Assembly: GCA_000708835.1 (NCBI GenBank)
Contig: DF236962.1
Coordinates: 372,001-436,000, forward strand
Direction: 5' to 3'
Source: Klebsormidium nitens
Lineage: Eukaryota > Plantae > Klebsormidiophyceae
Length of the DNA: 64,000 nt
How positions within the stretch are numbered: position 1 is the stretch's first letter; each line of letters begins with the position of its first letter. Both the position numbers and the translations under genes were made by a program. Of this stretch, positions 1 through 11,108 are shown piece after piece. The notes under the pieces are model-generated. The model was not told the origin of the DNA. It ran no database searches and was given only the letters and a program-made list of their open reading frames with translations.

Positions 1-2201
1 CGAGCACTACTGACTGAGACGTAGATTGGATGGAGTCATCTAGCTGCTCTTGGACTTTGACTACATTCGAGTACAATGTACATAATACAACGGTTAAGCA
101 AGGGCGGCGATTGCATGCTATAGTAGTCTGCGAAGTCAATGTCAGAGGTTGGAAAAGCTTTTTCTGTCGGCTCGGTAGTCTGCAATTGGCTTTACCGGCC
201 GGCTGAGCCCACCAAGTGCCTGCCATTTCTGCCGGCCAACCAGCCGGCGCCGTGCCTTTGGAATCGGCCGGGGTCCTGTCTCGGCCGGCCAGGTCCTAGT
301 TCTCTTGCTTGACTTAAGGCCAATGTCGAAGCGGAAATTAAGGCTTCGCATGCATCTGCCTTTTGCAGATGTCCTCATTCGAGTTTTTGACTAATACGCA
401 CGTGCTAAGCACTTGCACAAGTTAAGGCACAGCACAGTTGTTGTTGCACAAGCATGTTTGTGACTACTGAATTCGAGGTCTATTTTTGCATAGATATGCA
501 TGTTTGAAACCGTTTGAAATTGTTCCATGCAATCCCTTGATGTTTATCACAGGACAATTTCTGCGCAAGTGTGCATAATAGATTATTGGGAACCCTCTGC
601 TCAGCTGAATAGGAGTCGCTGCAATATGCGGACACTCGCACCATGAGGCACGCCCGGCGACGTTTGCCAGAGAGGCCCGGCCCGCGGCCGCCAGGCTGAA
701 GCCGCTGCTCGTATATGTTCGAGATGCACATGCGACCGGCCCCGCTCTAGTTGCCGCAGATACTTTACCAAAGCGTGCCAGCTGGACGGCGCTGCCACGT
801 GGCGATCGCACATCCAGCCTGAAGTGGCAGCAATCTGGCGCGCAGGCTGCCACGCAATGGCGCCGTTTGATGCTCATCCGATCAGCGCATCCAAATTGCA
901 ATGGGATGGATGTGAAGAGGGGGACGCCATGGAGGGAATCTGCTGCACACTGCACAGGCTGAAGCTAGGTGACCCAAAGCTGGCTTTCGCATTGGCTCCC
1001 TTTTGCTCTTTCTAGGTTTCAGTTTCCGTAAGGACTTAAGTTTCGGCTGCCACATACATGCGCGCCCGTTTGAGGCAGCTGCAGCGAGGAGACGCTGACA
1101 TGTAGCTGACGCGCAATGGCGTCAACTGCATTCATTGCCAGAGTAGGCCGGTCTGCCTTCCTGGCCGGTCACATTCACCATTTAGAAGATACATTGCCTG
1201 CAACTGCCGCCCGCCCCGCATTTGTGCACCAAAAAACAGCCAGGCACTCATTTGTAATCAGGGGACAGCAGTCTCCTTCTAGAAGATCAGAAGGAATTCC
1301 AAGGCAGGGGTCGGGTCAGCCAGGGTTGAGAACTGTCGGCAGGCGGTCGGCATTCAAATTGGCGGGGGAAAGAGTTGGCAGGGGAATGGGAATTGGCGCA
1401 GCTTCCGGGAACGCTGACCCGGGGGAGCTGAGAGTGGTCGAAATCAGCTCACATCAGAAGACAGCAGGTGCCGTTGTGACTTTGTTTCAGAATGTGTCCG
1501 CACTGATTCCCCCATATTCTGTCTGGATTCTGTTCTGGATTTTGATCTATTTGCTGAAACGAGTATTCCCATTTTAGACTAAATTTGGTCACTTGACTTT
1601 GAAGTTGGACAACAGCTCAGTCTCACCTCTGAGCTATGCAACGCCTGTTGAACGCTCCTGGTGAGAAGATAAAGCAGGCGAAGATGTGACCTTTCAGTCG
1701 CAAAGCCAGCGAGTATGCAGCTTCTCAGAAGGAGCTTGCTTATGAGGACTTCGAGAAGATTCTGTTCTGCAGGAGGTAAAACTTTGCTGGCGGCAATTGC
1801 GATGGCTCAAAGGTTGTTTAGTGGCGTCTCTTTCGTTTTCAGAACGACAGCAATGTGAGCAATAGAGTGTGGTCAAACGAATTGCTTATGGAAGTGAAAG
1901 TGCGATTGAGCAGAGGTCCACAGCAGAGGTCCGCTTGCAGCAAAGCAAAAAGGTAACACGAATTATGCTCGGGCGAAAGCCTGGCAACTCTGCATGATCG
2001 TGCTAGGTGCTGGGTGTCTGCAGTCACTAGAAGAACGCACAGACAGTTTCCCAGGAGACTGACCGACTGCATCTTTACTTCGCTCAGTGCGTGAAGCAAG
2101 CCATGGTATGTCTTGAACTGTGGTTTTGCGGTTTCTCTTGCCAATCTCTTTGAAAGTATTCTCACAACCACCAAATCAAGGCTCATTCATTCCCCTCACA
2201 G

Positions 2202-2824
2202 CCAACCCCTATGGCTACGCCTGGTGGAAGGTCGCCCTCGCCGTCGCCGCCACCGCGGCCTTCTTCTACCTCTTCACCTCGCTCGAGGCCCAAATGCACG
2301 CCCTCCAAGCCCCCGATCTTCCAAAGATCACCATCCCCGACAAATGGCCGTGGCCGCAGCTCCGAACGCCAGCGGAGCTCGAGGCGACCTTCAATATTCT
2401 CGGGGAAGCCGGACGGGGAATCTACAAGTGCTACATGGCCCTCGACTTCTTCTTCCCAGTAGTGTATACGGTGCTTTACTCCCAGCTGTTGGGTTTCCTG
2501 GTAGTGTGGTCGCAGTTCTGGGCCCGGATCCCACGGAACATGTTTCCGAGCTGGATCGGATTGCTTGCATACACAGTTTTCCCGTGGGACTTGCTCGAAA
2601 ACGCGGCGGTGTTTTACGCCATGAGCAATCCCGGGACGGCGCTGTCGCACAAGGTGGCGGCCGCCGCGGGCTACTTCACGTGGGTCAAGTTTCTGATGGT
2701 CGTCGTTAATGTTTCGTTCATGTACATGGGTCTCCTGCTCGGGGTGTTCGACTTTGTTTTCAAGTTGTTGAGGAATAGGTATGACGGGCTGTCTGCTATC
2801 ATTTACAGCCTCGCGCAACGGTAG
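2202..2824 (+). CDS. Multi-pass membrane protein of unknown function (main/last exon); 5' exon(s) unresolved, best candidate 1715-1775 (MQLLRRSLLMRTSRRFCSAG, phase-1 donor compatible with the 2202 acceptor)
   Basis: ORF 2120-2824 has about four hydrophobic segments and motifs LGEAGRGIY..LDFFFPVVY and WDLLEN..TWVKF. Acceptor cctcacag ends at 2201. GC-rich codon usage starts at the acceptor. Confidence 0.75.
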
Positions 2825-4470
2825 TAGATTTGGAACGGGATTGGGGGGGTTATGCAGCGGCGCCGGGTGTGTGGGAGGGTCGGTTGTGGACACTAGCTGA
2901 GACGCAAAACATTCATTCGTTTCTGTGCGGTTCGATTTGCCTGATACCGTGTAGCTGATCCAGTCAAGCGGCGAGTACGAGGGAGCTGCCCCGTTGCGAG
3001 TTAGACAAGTTGCGAAGTTTGTAATCAGTCACCTAGAGGCACTAAGGTTAGAGAAGAGTACGTTTCTACAGTGCTTAACTTTGCGTTAGGTACCCTTTCT
3101 TAGCTACAACCCAACAGGTTTGCACTTGATGTAATACAGCCCGTCTTTGTAAGCCTCGATCATTTTTGAGCACGTCCCTCTCAAAGGTATTGCATCAGAA
3201 ATGTTGTGTAATCTCCACTTGACAATCACAGCTTTGTGATGATGACAGTGTGACAGTATACTTTGCGGAGCTGCGCGCTCGTAGTGCCATGGTCGATCAT
3301 CTGGCAAAACTGCAAAACATGTGCCGCGCTCTGATCCTTGCGCGTTGAACTCCTTGATATACGGCCCCATAAGATCCGGGGTTTGACAATCGGGAACCTG
3401 ACGGTTTACATGCTATGATCCAGTAAACTTATTTTAAACTGTCCACGGATTCATGAGCGGGTCGGTGTGGCAGTGACCCATGTGACGTCATCATCGCCAT
3501 GCACAGCGACAGGTTGGCGCTAAGTTTGCTACAGCCAGCCAAGGATCGATTGAAACGTGAACCGGTGCGTTGAGCTAGTAGTGGATAGAAGAAGGCAATC
3601 GTTAAAGCTTACACCATCAAGCGGATTCCGCCAGCCGTTGCTCGAGTACCAGATTACGAGCTGAACAAAGCTGTCCTTGCTGACTCCAACTTCATCATGA
3701 ACGAAGAAGATGTAGGCCACTTAGTTTGGCTCCCCGAAGTTCATGCAGAGCTGGTACATGCTTGACAGCGTCACGGGTAAAGAAGTTGGGCGACGAAGAT
3801 TTGTTTGTAATGAGCGAGGATACCATTCGTGTATCAAATGTACGTACATAGCGCGAGCAAGAGTGGACACAAGTTTTGGCGGAGACCATTTCTTGAGATT
3901 GAATATTTGCACGTCGCACATGAACTTACGTGTGTGCTTTTCACAGTCGGAAGCTTTCATCAGAACTAAGATTGCAGAGAGTCGCAAGCTGGCCGCATCG
4001 TGTGAGTGAAACGAGTAGAGGTAGCTGCATGTGCTGGCACACACATTTCTATCTCAAACAAAGCCTGGGTTCCGCAGTCTGCATCGATATGAGCAAGCGC
4101 TTGAAGCAGTTCAGAATCGAAATGTGTCGGAAATCATTCAAACCAAACGGACAGAATTGGTACAAAGCTAACGCGGTACTGCAAGTTTGAGCTTGTTCGC
4201 TTCACAATCGAAAGGAACACTGACACGAGACAAGACCGCCTTCGATGCCCGATGCAACCTGCTGATTTTCTAGACGGCGAAAGCAGCAAAGCAGCTGCTC
4301 TCCTAAGAGCGGAATCCACTGCCCACAATTTGCAAAGGACCCTCCTCGCTGAGTTTCACCATTGTCTTTTCCTAGTAGAGGTCGTCTTATCATGTACAAA
4401 CACCCACGCTAACGGCTTCCTATTTACAAAACGGCTCTGATTGCAACGAGCTAGTACTTGGATCTCTAAC

Positions 4471-4523
4471 ACTTTTCGGTACAGTACCGAAAAGTTTTGT
4501 ACGTTTGTACGTAAGTTTTGTAC
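4471..4523. promoter_or_regulatory. Perfect 12-bp inverted repeat (ACTTTTCGGTAC-A-GTACCGAAAAGT) followed by three TTTGTACG (=CGTACAA) copies; SBP-type GTAC cluster
   Basis: Read directly: palindrome 4471-4495; GTAC at 4454, 4479, 4484, 4499, 4507, 4520. Regulatory function is inferred. Confidence 0.45.
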
Positions 4524-4591
4524 GTGCAAACAAACCAAGACACTACTCCGGACCCTTTGTAGATCTGCATCAAACCGGCCGTTTAAGACTC

Positions 4592-5852
4592 TCATTCGTT
4601 GCTTCCTGAAACAGAAAGGGCTCTTCGTTTCGCACGTACTTCGCGAGGTGATCCGCTGCCTGCTCCCTCTTCCGACCTGCAGATTCTTCGGAGTGTCTTC
4701 ACACACTCCCACTTTCCCCCGTTTTCCGACATCTCAAAAGTGAGTTCCCTCAGTTCAGGACACCCTTCCAGTGGTTTTTCCTGCTCGGAGACCCATTTTA
4801 GAGTCCGCTCTTTTGCGTTCTTTGACGACGGAGTATCCATCCTGACATGAAGCTCCTGCAGTTGGGGGCAGTCTTTCTCGAGCATCTCATACAACGACGC
4901 GGGTCTGAAGTCCACGTAAGAAAAGTGGCGCCAGTAGAGCTCTAGAACCCGTAAAGTGTTTGGGAAAGTAAACCCAGGGATATTGACCAACAGTGGACTT
5001 GGGCACATCCGACGGCTGCTCATCCTACTACCGGCATCGTATACGGTTGCGCTCAGGTGCCGAAGACTGGGGAGGTTTGCTGAGACGAGAGCAAATGGGA
5101 AGTCTACGTCGGGTTGATACTCCGGGGTAAGGAAGACTCCAACTCCAAGGTAAGGGCAATACAAGCCTGCGATGTTCAAGCTCGCCAAATGTTCGTGCTT
5201 CACAACGAAGTCGTAATCTAGATCATGGCGTGCCATGGATAAGCCTTCCAAGGTCAGAGCTTCGAGCTTGGGAAAGCGTTCCAAGAAGCTGAAGACAGTA
5301 CGCTCGAACCGGAAGTGAAACCCTGTAATGACCAGTCTCTTGAGGCCAGTTGCACACGCAGAGACTATCTTCTTTGGGTACTCGTCCTCCCACGTCGTTC
5401 TACAGGAGGTTCTACAGCGCTGCCCACAAGAGGTCCCTTCTATCTCGACGTCTTCCCAGGGAACCTCGGTCAATATTCTGAGAAACGAGAAGTTGCAGTG
5501 CTCTTCCTCGCTTCGATAGCTTGTGTCTGTGATCACCAGCTTGATTAGACCGGCGCGCAGGCTGAGCTCCTCTACGAGGATCTCTTTGGGAAGCTTCAAG
5601 TTGACGGGGAGTGCCCCATCTATCAGCTCGCCATCCGCTGTTCCTCGCTCACAAGCTGACAAACCCCGCGCCCGTTTCAAAGGCGTCACGACCAGAGTCT
5701 TGGTGCACCGTCGCGCAGAGTCACGCAGACCTTTGCTGGTTTGCTCCAGCGCTTGGAAGCTCTTTGCGCAGCTCTGCCGCACCTTTTCTGTGATCATGTC
5801 CAAGAGCTCAGAAGGAAGCAGGGTCGAAGCTTGTTTCTAGCGCCGGCGCCAT
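4592..5852 (-). pseudogene. Intronless F-box/LRR-like protein, paralog 1; 1-nt insertion near the N-terminus (or sequencing error)
   Basis: 403-aa ORF 4592-5803 is collinear with paralogs 2 and 3 (LEALTL, LPSLRHLSAT, LRVLELYWR, DCPQLQELH). The homologous start MAPALETSFD (ATG 5852) is out of frame with LPSELLDMITEK because of an extra C in GAC-CCTG-CTT at ~5821-5823. Confidence 0.7.
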
Positions 5853-6692
5853 GGCTCCTAGATATCGATAAGGTGCGCTGATCAAATCGTCTTTCAAGAT
5901 TGCTGGGGCTTTGAGAAGCGGGCCGCTTTGAAGACAAGGCTGAACCTTCAGAAAAGAATACACCTATCGTTTCTTCGCGGCTAGTAGCCAGGCGCTTTCA
6001 TGGAGTAAAGCTTTGAATTCGACGCTCTTCTGCTCCAGAAGCAGCTTGGTAGCTGCAGCCACTGCGATTCTCGTCAACGAAAGCTATGCAACAGGGAGAC
6101 GTTCTGCCGAAGTTGATTCGTGTTGATGCCTGGGTTTACTTTAGACTTGAGACTAAAGCTTAGTCGAGGCAGTCGAGCATCTTGCATGACATCATCTTTG
6201 AACGGTTTCATTTTATCGCAGTGTCATGATGTGCTGCTTGACACAGGCTTGACATACGGATTGCGCCGGCTCATGCATGCAGATCAGCCGTTTAGATGGC
6301 CAGAGATAAGCGGAGAAGTCGCTGAACGATTCTCCTGAACTTCTGAGGTTGACGATCCGCTTATTATGCTTGACAAGGTCCAGTCAGATGTGCTGAAAAG
6401 CGAAGACACTGCTTCTTTGCATCACTTCCATTGCACCCTAAGAAGAGCAGAAAGCGCGCCTATGGTCATCTTTCGTGCAACGGACCTTAAAGATAAGAGT
6501 CCATACAACAGTGAGCGCCTCTCCGCTTGAGCGCGCGCTTTTGCGCCTATAGCCGCATCGCGGTTCCAAAACTGCGGAGCTCTTCAAACCTTTTGGGCAG
6601 GTCTTGATTGGAAAACCCCACTTCTGCTCTAGCTTTGACGCACTTCTTATCTTTCGGCCCTATTTGCGCGCCTCGATAAGCAGTTAAGAGCA

Positions 6693-7844
6693 ATGGCGCC
6701 AGCAGTGGTCGGATCACGCTTTGACCAGCTTCCTTCTGATGTGATAGACATCATCACGGAGAAGATCCGTTGCGACTGCCTGCAAAGCTTCCAGGCCCTG
6801 AAGCGAACCAGCCGCAGTCTGCGTCAGTCCGCACAGCGGTGCAGCAAGGCTCTGATCCTGACGCCTTCCAGGCGCTGCAAGAACGGTCTGTTTGTGCGTC
6901 AGAAAGCGACTTCAAAGAGCGCATCAAAGACATCGAGGCTTCCGAAGAAGATCCTGTCGCAAGAGTTGAGCCAGTGTGCTCAGGTATCCAAGCTGGTGGT
7001 CAAGAGAATCACATGCTTCAGAGCGGGTCGCAACTCCTCCATTTTGGACCCACTGATTTGCATGCCCTGGAGGGACATTGAAATAGACGGACTATGTCGT
7101 GGCGAGAACCGCAGAACTTTTCTGAGGAGCCAATGGGGAGAAGGGTTTCCGGAGGAGCAGATAATCCTCCGTTCTGCAGCCAGCCTCAAAGAATTGATCC
7201 TTATAGACTTTGATTTCGTGGGAATGAAGGGTATCACACCTTTGTTGCACAAACTTCCTAACCTCGAGACTCTGAAGGTGGGAGGATTCTACTTAAGAGG
7301 CTACCCGGAATGCCTGGTGCGCAGCTTTGCGAAGCACGAATGCCTGAAGACGTTGGACGTCGCAGACTTTGCCTGCCGGAATCGTGGCTTCTTCATGGCC
7401 CCCTCGGATCAGCAGTTGGTCCCTGAGAACGCGTACGTATCATTAAAACTAAGTCTCCCCAGACTTCAGCACTTGATTGCGACTGTCTATGACTACGTCG
7501 GATCGAAACGCAAGAAACATCCGTGTCTGCTTGTGGACAGTCCGGGCTTTTCATTTCCAACCAAACTAAAGGTCCTGGAGCTCTACTGGCGCTACTTCAC
7601 CCGTGACCAGGAAACTAGGCTCTCTTCGCTTTACTTCATGCTAGAAAGAGATTTTCCACAGCTTCAACGACTCCACTTTAGGATCCCCACGCCGAAAAAT
7701 GAGAAGGCAAAACAGAGGAGCCTCCAATGGATGTGCGAGCAGAGCGGCATACCACAAGGGCTGTCGGAGCTCGAAGCAGTCAGTTTCGAGATAGAAGAGA
7801 AGCCGGGGGAGTGGCAGTGCATCAAGAGAGTTTGTAGGCAGTAG
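6693..7844 (+). CDS. Intronless F-box/LRR-like (RNI-like) protein, paralog 2, intact, 383 aa
   Basis: Uninterrupted ORF. N-terminal F-box-like FDQLPSDVIDIITEKI..FQALKRTSRSLR. Leucine-rich repeats LKELIL, LPNLETLKV, LPRLQHL, LKVLELYW, FPQLQRLH. Confidence 0.8.
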   Translation: MAPAVVGSRFDQLPSDVIDIITEKIRCDCLQSFQALKRTSRSLRQSAQRCSKALILTPSRRCKNGLFVRQKATSKSASKTSRLPKKILSQELSQCAQVSKLVVKRITCFRAGRNSSILDPLICMPWRDIEIDGLCRGENRRTFLRSQWGEGFPEEQIILRSAASLKELILIDFDFVGMKGITPLLHKLPNLETLKVGGFYLRGYPECLVRSFAKHECLKTLDVADFACRNRGFFMAPSDQQLVPENAYVSLKLSLPRLQHLIATVYDYVGSKRKKHPCLLVDSPGFSFPTKLKVLELYWRYFTRDQETRLSSLYFMLERDFPQLQRLHFRIPTPKNEKAKQRSLQWMCEQSGIPQGLSELEAVSFEIEEKPGEWQCIKRVCRQ

Positions 7845-9917
7845 ATTGCTGTGAAAGCCAGGCATCTTAGGGCGTCGAGCTGTGGGCGAGAGAAGACCGA
7901 TGTTGGAAAGTGTATCAAAAACAGATGTCTGCTCAGGGGAGGATGAAGCAATGGGAAAGTTCTTCTCAAACTGCCTTTTTGATGGAAGGAGAATAGAAGC
8001 TGCCGATTTTCTTGTACATACAAATTTTTGCAGATAAAAGATGGTCAATGAGACATCAAGATTCTATACGAAGCCGTCTTAGGCTGTTAGCACATGATTC
8101 TTTTGGCAACACTCAAGAATACCTCGGTGCCATTGGCTTCAGACGTCCTGAAAGAGATACTGTTTTGAAATGCTTTGTAAATACTTGTTGGTCCAACCCT
8201 TTGTGGCAGAGTCTATCGGTTTTGAAACAAAATAGATAACCCAAGAGCCGTTTCAGCCTGGTGGCTCCAAAGGACATCATGCCGATGCTTATTTCGACTA
8301 CTAATACTTGGCTTCTGTCAGATCGAAAGCTCTGCAGTACTTTGTTTGTTTGCATGTTGCCTAGCTAAGCACAGGACGCAATGAAGATGTTGGGCTAGTC
8401 GTCAGTCCGACCTTTTCTTGTCATGGTGGCTTGAATAACCGTCCAGTTCGACATCACACTCTCGGAGTTGTAAGTCACCCGAATAGGTGGAGAATGGTCC
8501 TGGGCAATCTATTCTATTCGCTATACTTCCGAAATATTGCCCACATGCAGATTTGGGGCAGCTTTCACTATACATGCTTGTGGCATGAATATGATACTTA
8601 CAGATTAGACTGCTTCATGTACGATCCGCTTCAGAGCCTCAATTTGATGAACGGCTTCCTCTTCAAGAATGCAATCATCTCCGCACTTGCTCAAACTACG
8701 TAGCTCAACCGTTCGAAAGTTTAATGATCTGGACACCTCTTCTTACAACCCGAGCTAATGATTTGCTCCAATTGTGTTTTAAGTGCTGGAGAGCGTGCGT
8801 AAAATCATCACCGAACTTGAACGGGTTTGTGCTGTCCGTTTCATGTGAATAAGTTTTACGAGTTAGCAGCTATTGCACTCTTGCCGAGTTGAAGGCAAAG
8901 GGCTCCAATGGTCCATGTTCCCCCTTTTGCCTGGTTTAGACGGTTCGTGCTCTCAACACATCAAAGTCTGTTTATCCAAATCCCTGCTGGCGTCATCTTG
9001 ACTGCTGAGATGCGTACGAGGGCCTCAAACCGACCTGAAGAAGCTGAGAAGAGCACGGATTAAACCTTGTGGAACAGCATAGAGATGAACTGCAGAAACG
9101 AATGCCGAAGTCATGCAAATAAGCCAGGGCTCCAGTGGAGCGAGACGTCTGCTGTCCTTTTAAAAAACCTTAGCCCTTCCTCTCTACCTTTCGCACTGTT
9201 GTTTCCATCCGGAGGAATTCACGTTGTCCATATAATGTGTGCACTTTTCGCCAGGACTGCTTTGCAATGATCTAGGCGTTTATAATTGGCTCGAACTACA
9301 TATGCGGATCTCAACGAAAAGGCGGATTCAATATGCGCGCGTGCATGAAGGTCAAGGCGCCGCGGCCCGGCCCGTCGGCCGGCGCGCGCGCGCGCACTAG
9401 GGCGCTTCGCATCGATCGAGTTGGTGGAGGTATGCTGATGTCAAGTTATGGTGCATGACATGCGACTTCATGCTACTGATGTTATTTAGAATCCCTCGAA
9501 TGTCTCGACCAGCAATTCTGGCTGTTTAGATGGGCCGTAATTCAGACGAGAGTCTCACTGTCAACCCTGTCTAGGAGGAGCCTATGAAAGCTCTGTATCG
9601 ACTCGGACATGAAGGAAGCTCAAGCACTGCGCAGAACCTCCCGGCTCTTATTGCATCTGTAGCAGCTTCTCTTGACGGAAAGCTAAGATAAGCTTCGCGC
9701 AGTGCTGCCATGAGTTGAGTTCAGAGGCCGCCAACATTAAGCAGGCGTCTGCGTGGCTGTCAGGTCCTGATTTGAAGGGGCGCTCGACAACATTAGCAGC
9801 TAGTCGCAGAGAAATTGTTTTCCCGCAGATTTGGGCTTTCCCTCTACACTCCCATGTTCTCATCTCAAGAGGGCGTGCCAAAGTGACGCTTGCGCACCGT
9901 ATCAGCATTCAGAAGCC

Positions 9918-11108
9918 ATGCCCTCAGAGTCCGCAACAATGGTCGACCGGCTTCCTCCAGAGCTTTTGGACATCATCACGAACAAGGTGCGGCAAAGCTG
10001 CCCAAAGGGTTTTCGAGCGCTGGAGCGAGCTAGCAGAGGTCTGCGCGAATCCGCGCGACGGTGCAGCAAAACTCTGGTCGTGGCGCCTTCTGATTGGGTG
10101 CGAGAGCAGTCAGATGGTGACTCAGAAACAGCGGATGACGAGCAGATTGACGAGCAGGTTCAGTGGGTGCCCCCTGCCATAACTTCGAAGCTTCCTGAAG
10201 GGCTGATCCTTTTGAAAGAGTTCAGCCTGCGCCCAGGTTTATCAAAGCTGGTAATGACAGACACAAGCTTTGAACGAATCAAAGAAGAAACGCGCTGCGA
10301 AGCATTCTCGGTCTTGAAGATTCTCACCGACTTTCCTTGGGAAGACGCCGAGATTGACGGGTCCTTCTGTGAGAAGCGGGAAAGAAGACTTTGCAGGATT
10401 TGGGAAGAAGAGTTCCCACAAACGATAATCGCTAAGTGCGCGACTAGCCTCAAGAGACTGACCATCACGAGGTTTGAGTTTCGACAAGAGCACACCGTCG
10501 TCAGCTTCCTGCAAGGCCTTCCCAAGCTTGAGGCCCTGACCCTGGACGGCCTATTCCTGGGGCGGTGTAATGTACACTACGATCCACGCGTGAAGCACGA
10601 GAAACTAGCAAGCTTGAACCTTGCGGAACTGCGGAGCCCCTTCCTTGGGTCTTCTTGGACTCGTGTGATCAAAACGTAGTCCCTAAAGGGGCTTTCCTTG
10701 TGGCCAGTCTTCCCAGCCTTCGACAACTGAGCGCCACCTTGTATCACGGTAGCGGGATAAGCTATGGACATCGCCAGACACCACTGATGATGGAAGCTCC
10801 TCTCTTCTCTTTCCCAAGCTCTTTGGAGGCCCTCGAGCTCTACTGGCGCAAATTCTCTTCTGAGGACTTCAAACCGGCGTCGCCTTTTCGCGATGCTTGA
10901 GAGAGACTGCCCGCAACTGCGAGAGCTTCACGTCCGGATGGATAATCCAGTAACCGAAGAGGCGAAGCAGCGGAGTCTGCAATGGATCTACCAGCAGAAA
11001 CAGCTACCTGTAGGCTGTCCAGAATTGCGGGAATTGAGTTTCGAGATAGCGGAAGATGGGGGGAGGTGGGAGTATGTGAAGAGACTTTGCAAGTCGGGGA
11101 GGAGGTAG
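9918..11108 (+). pseudogene. Intronless F-box/LRR-like protein, paralog 3, with two compensating frameshifts (~10650 and ~10884)
   Basis: Homology to paralogs 1 and 2 continues across ORFs 9831-10679, 10655-10900 and 10893-11108. The first and last share a frame; the middle one is offset by -1. Stop TAG at 10677-10679 if read through. Confidence 0.75.

Noticed and set aside
2183-2893. 236-aa minus ORF and 198-aa alternative plus-frame ORF
   Set aside because: They overlap the membrane-protein exon and show no family features; GC-rich shadow frames.
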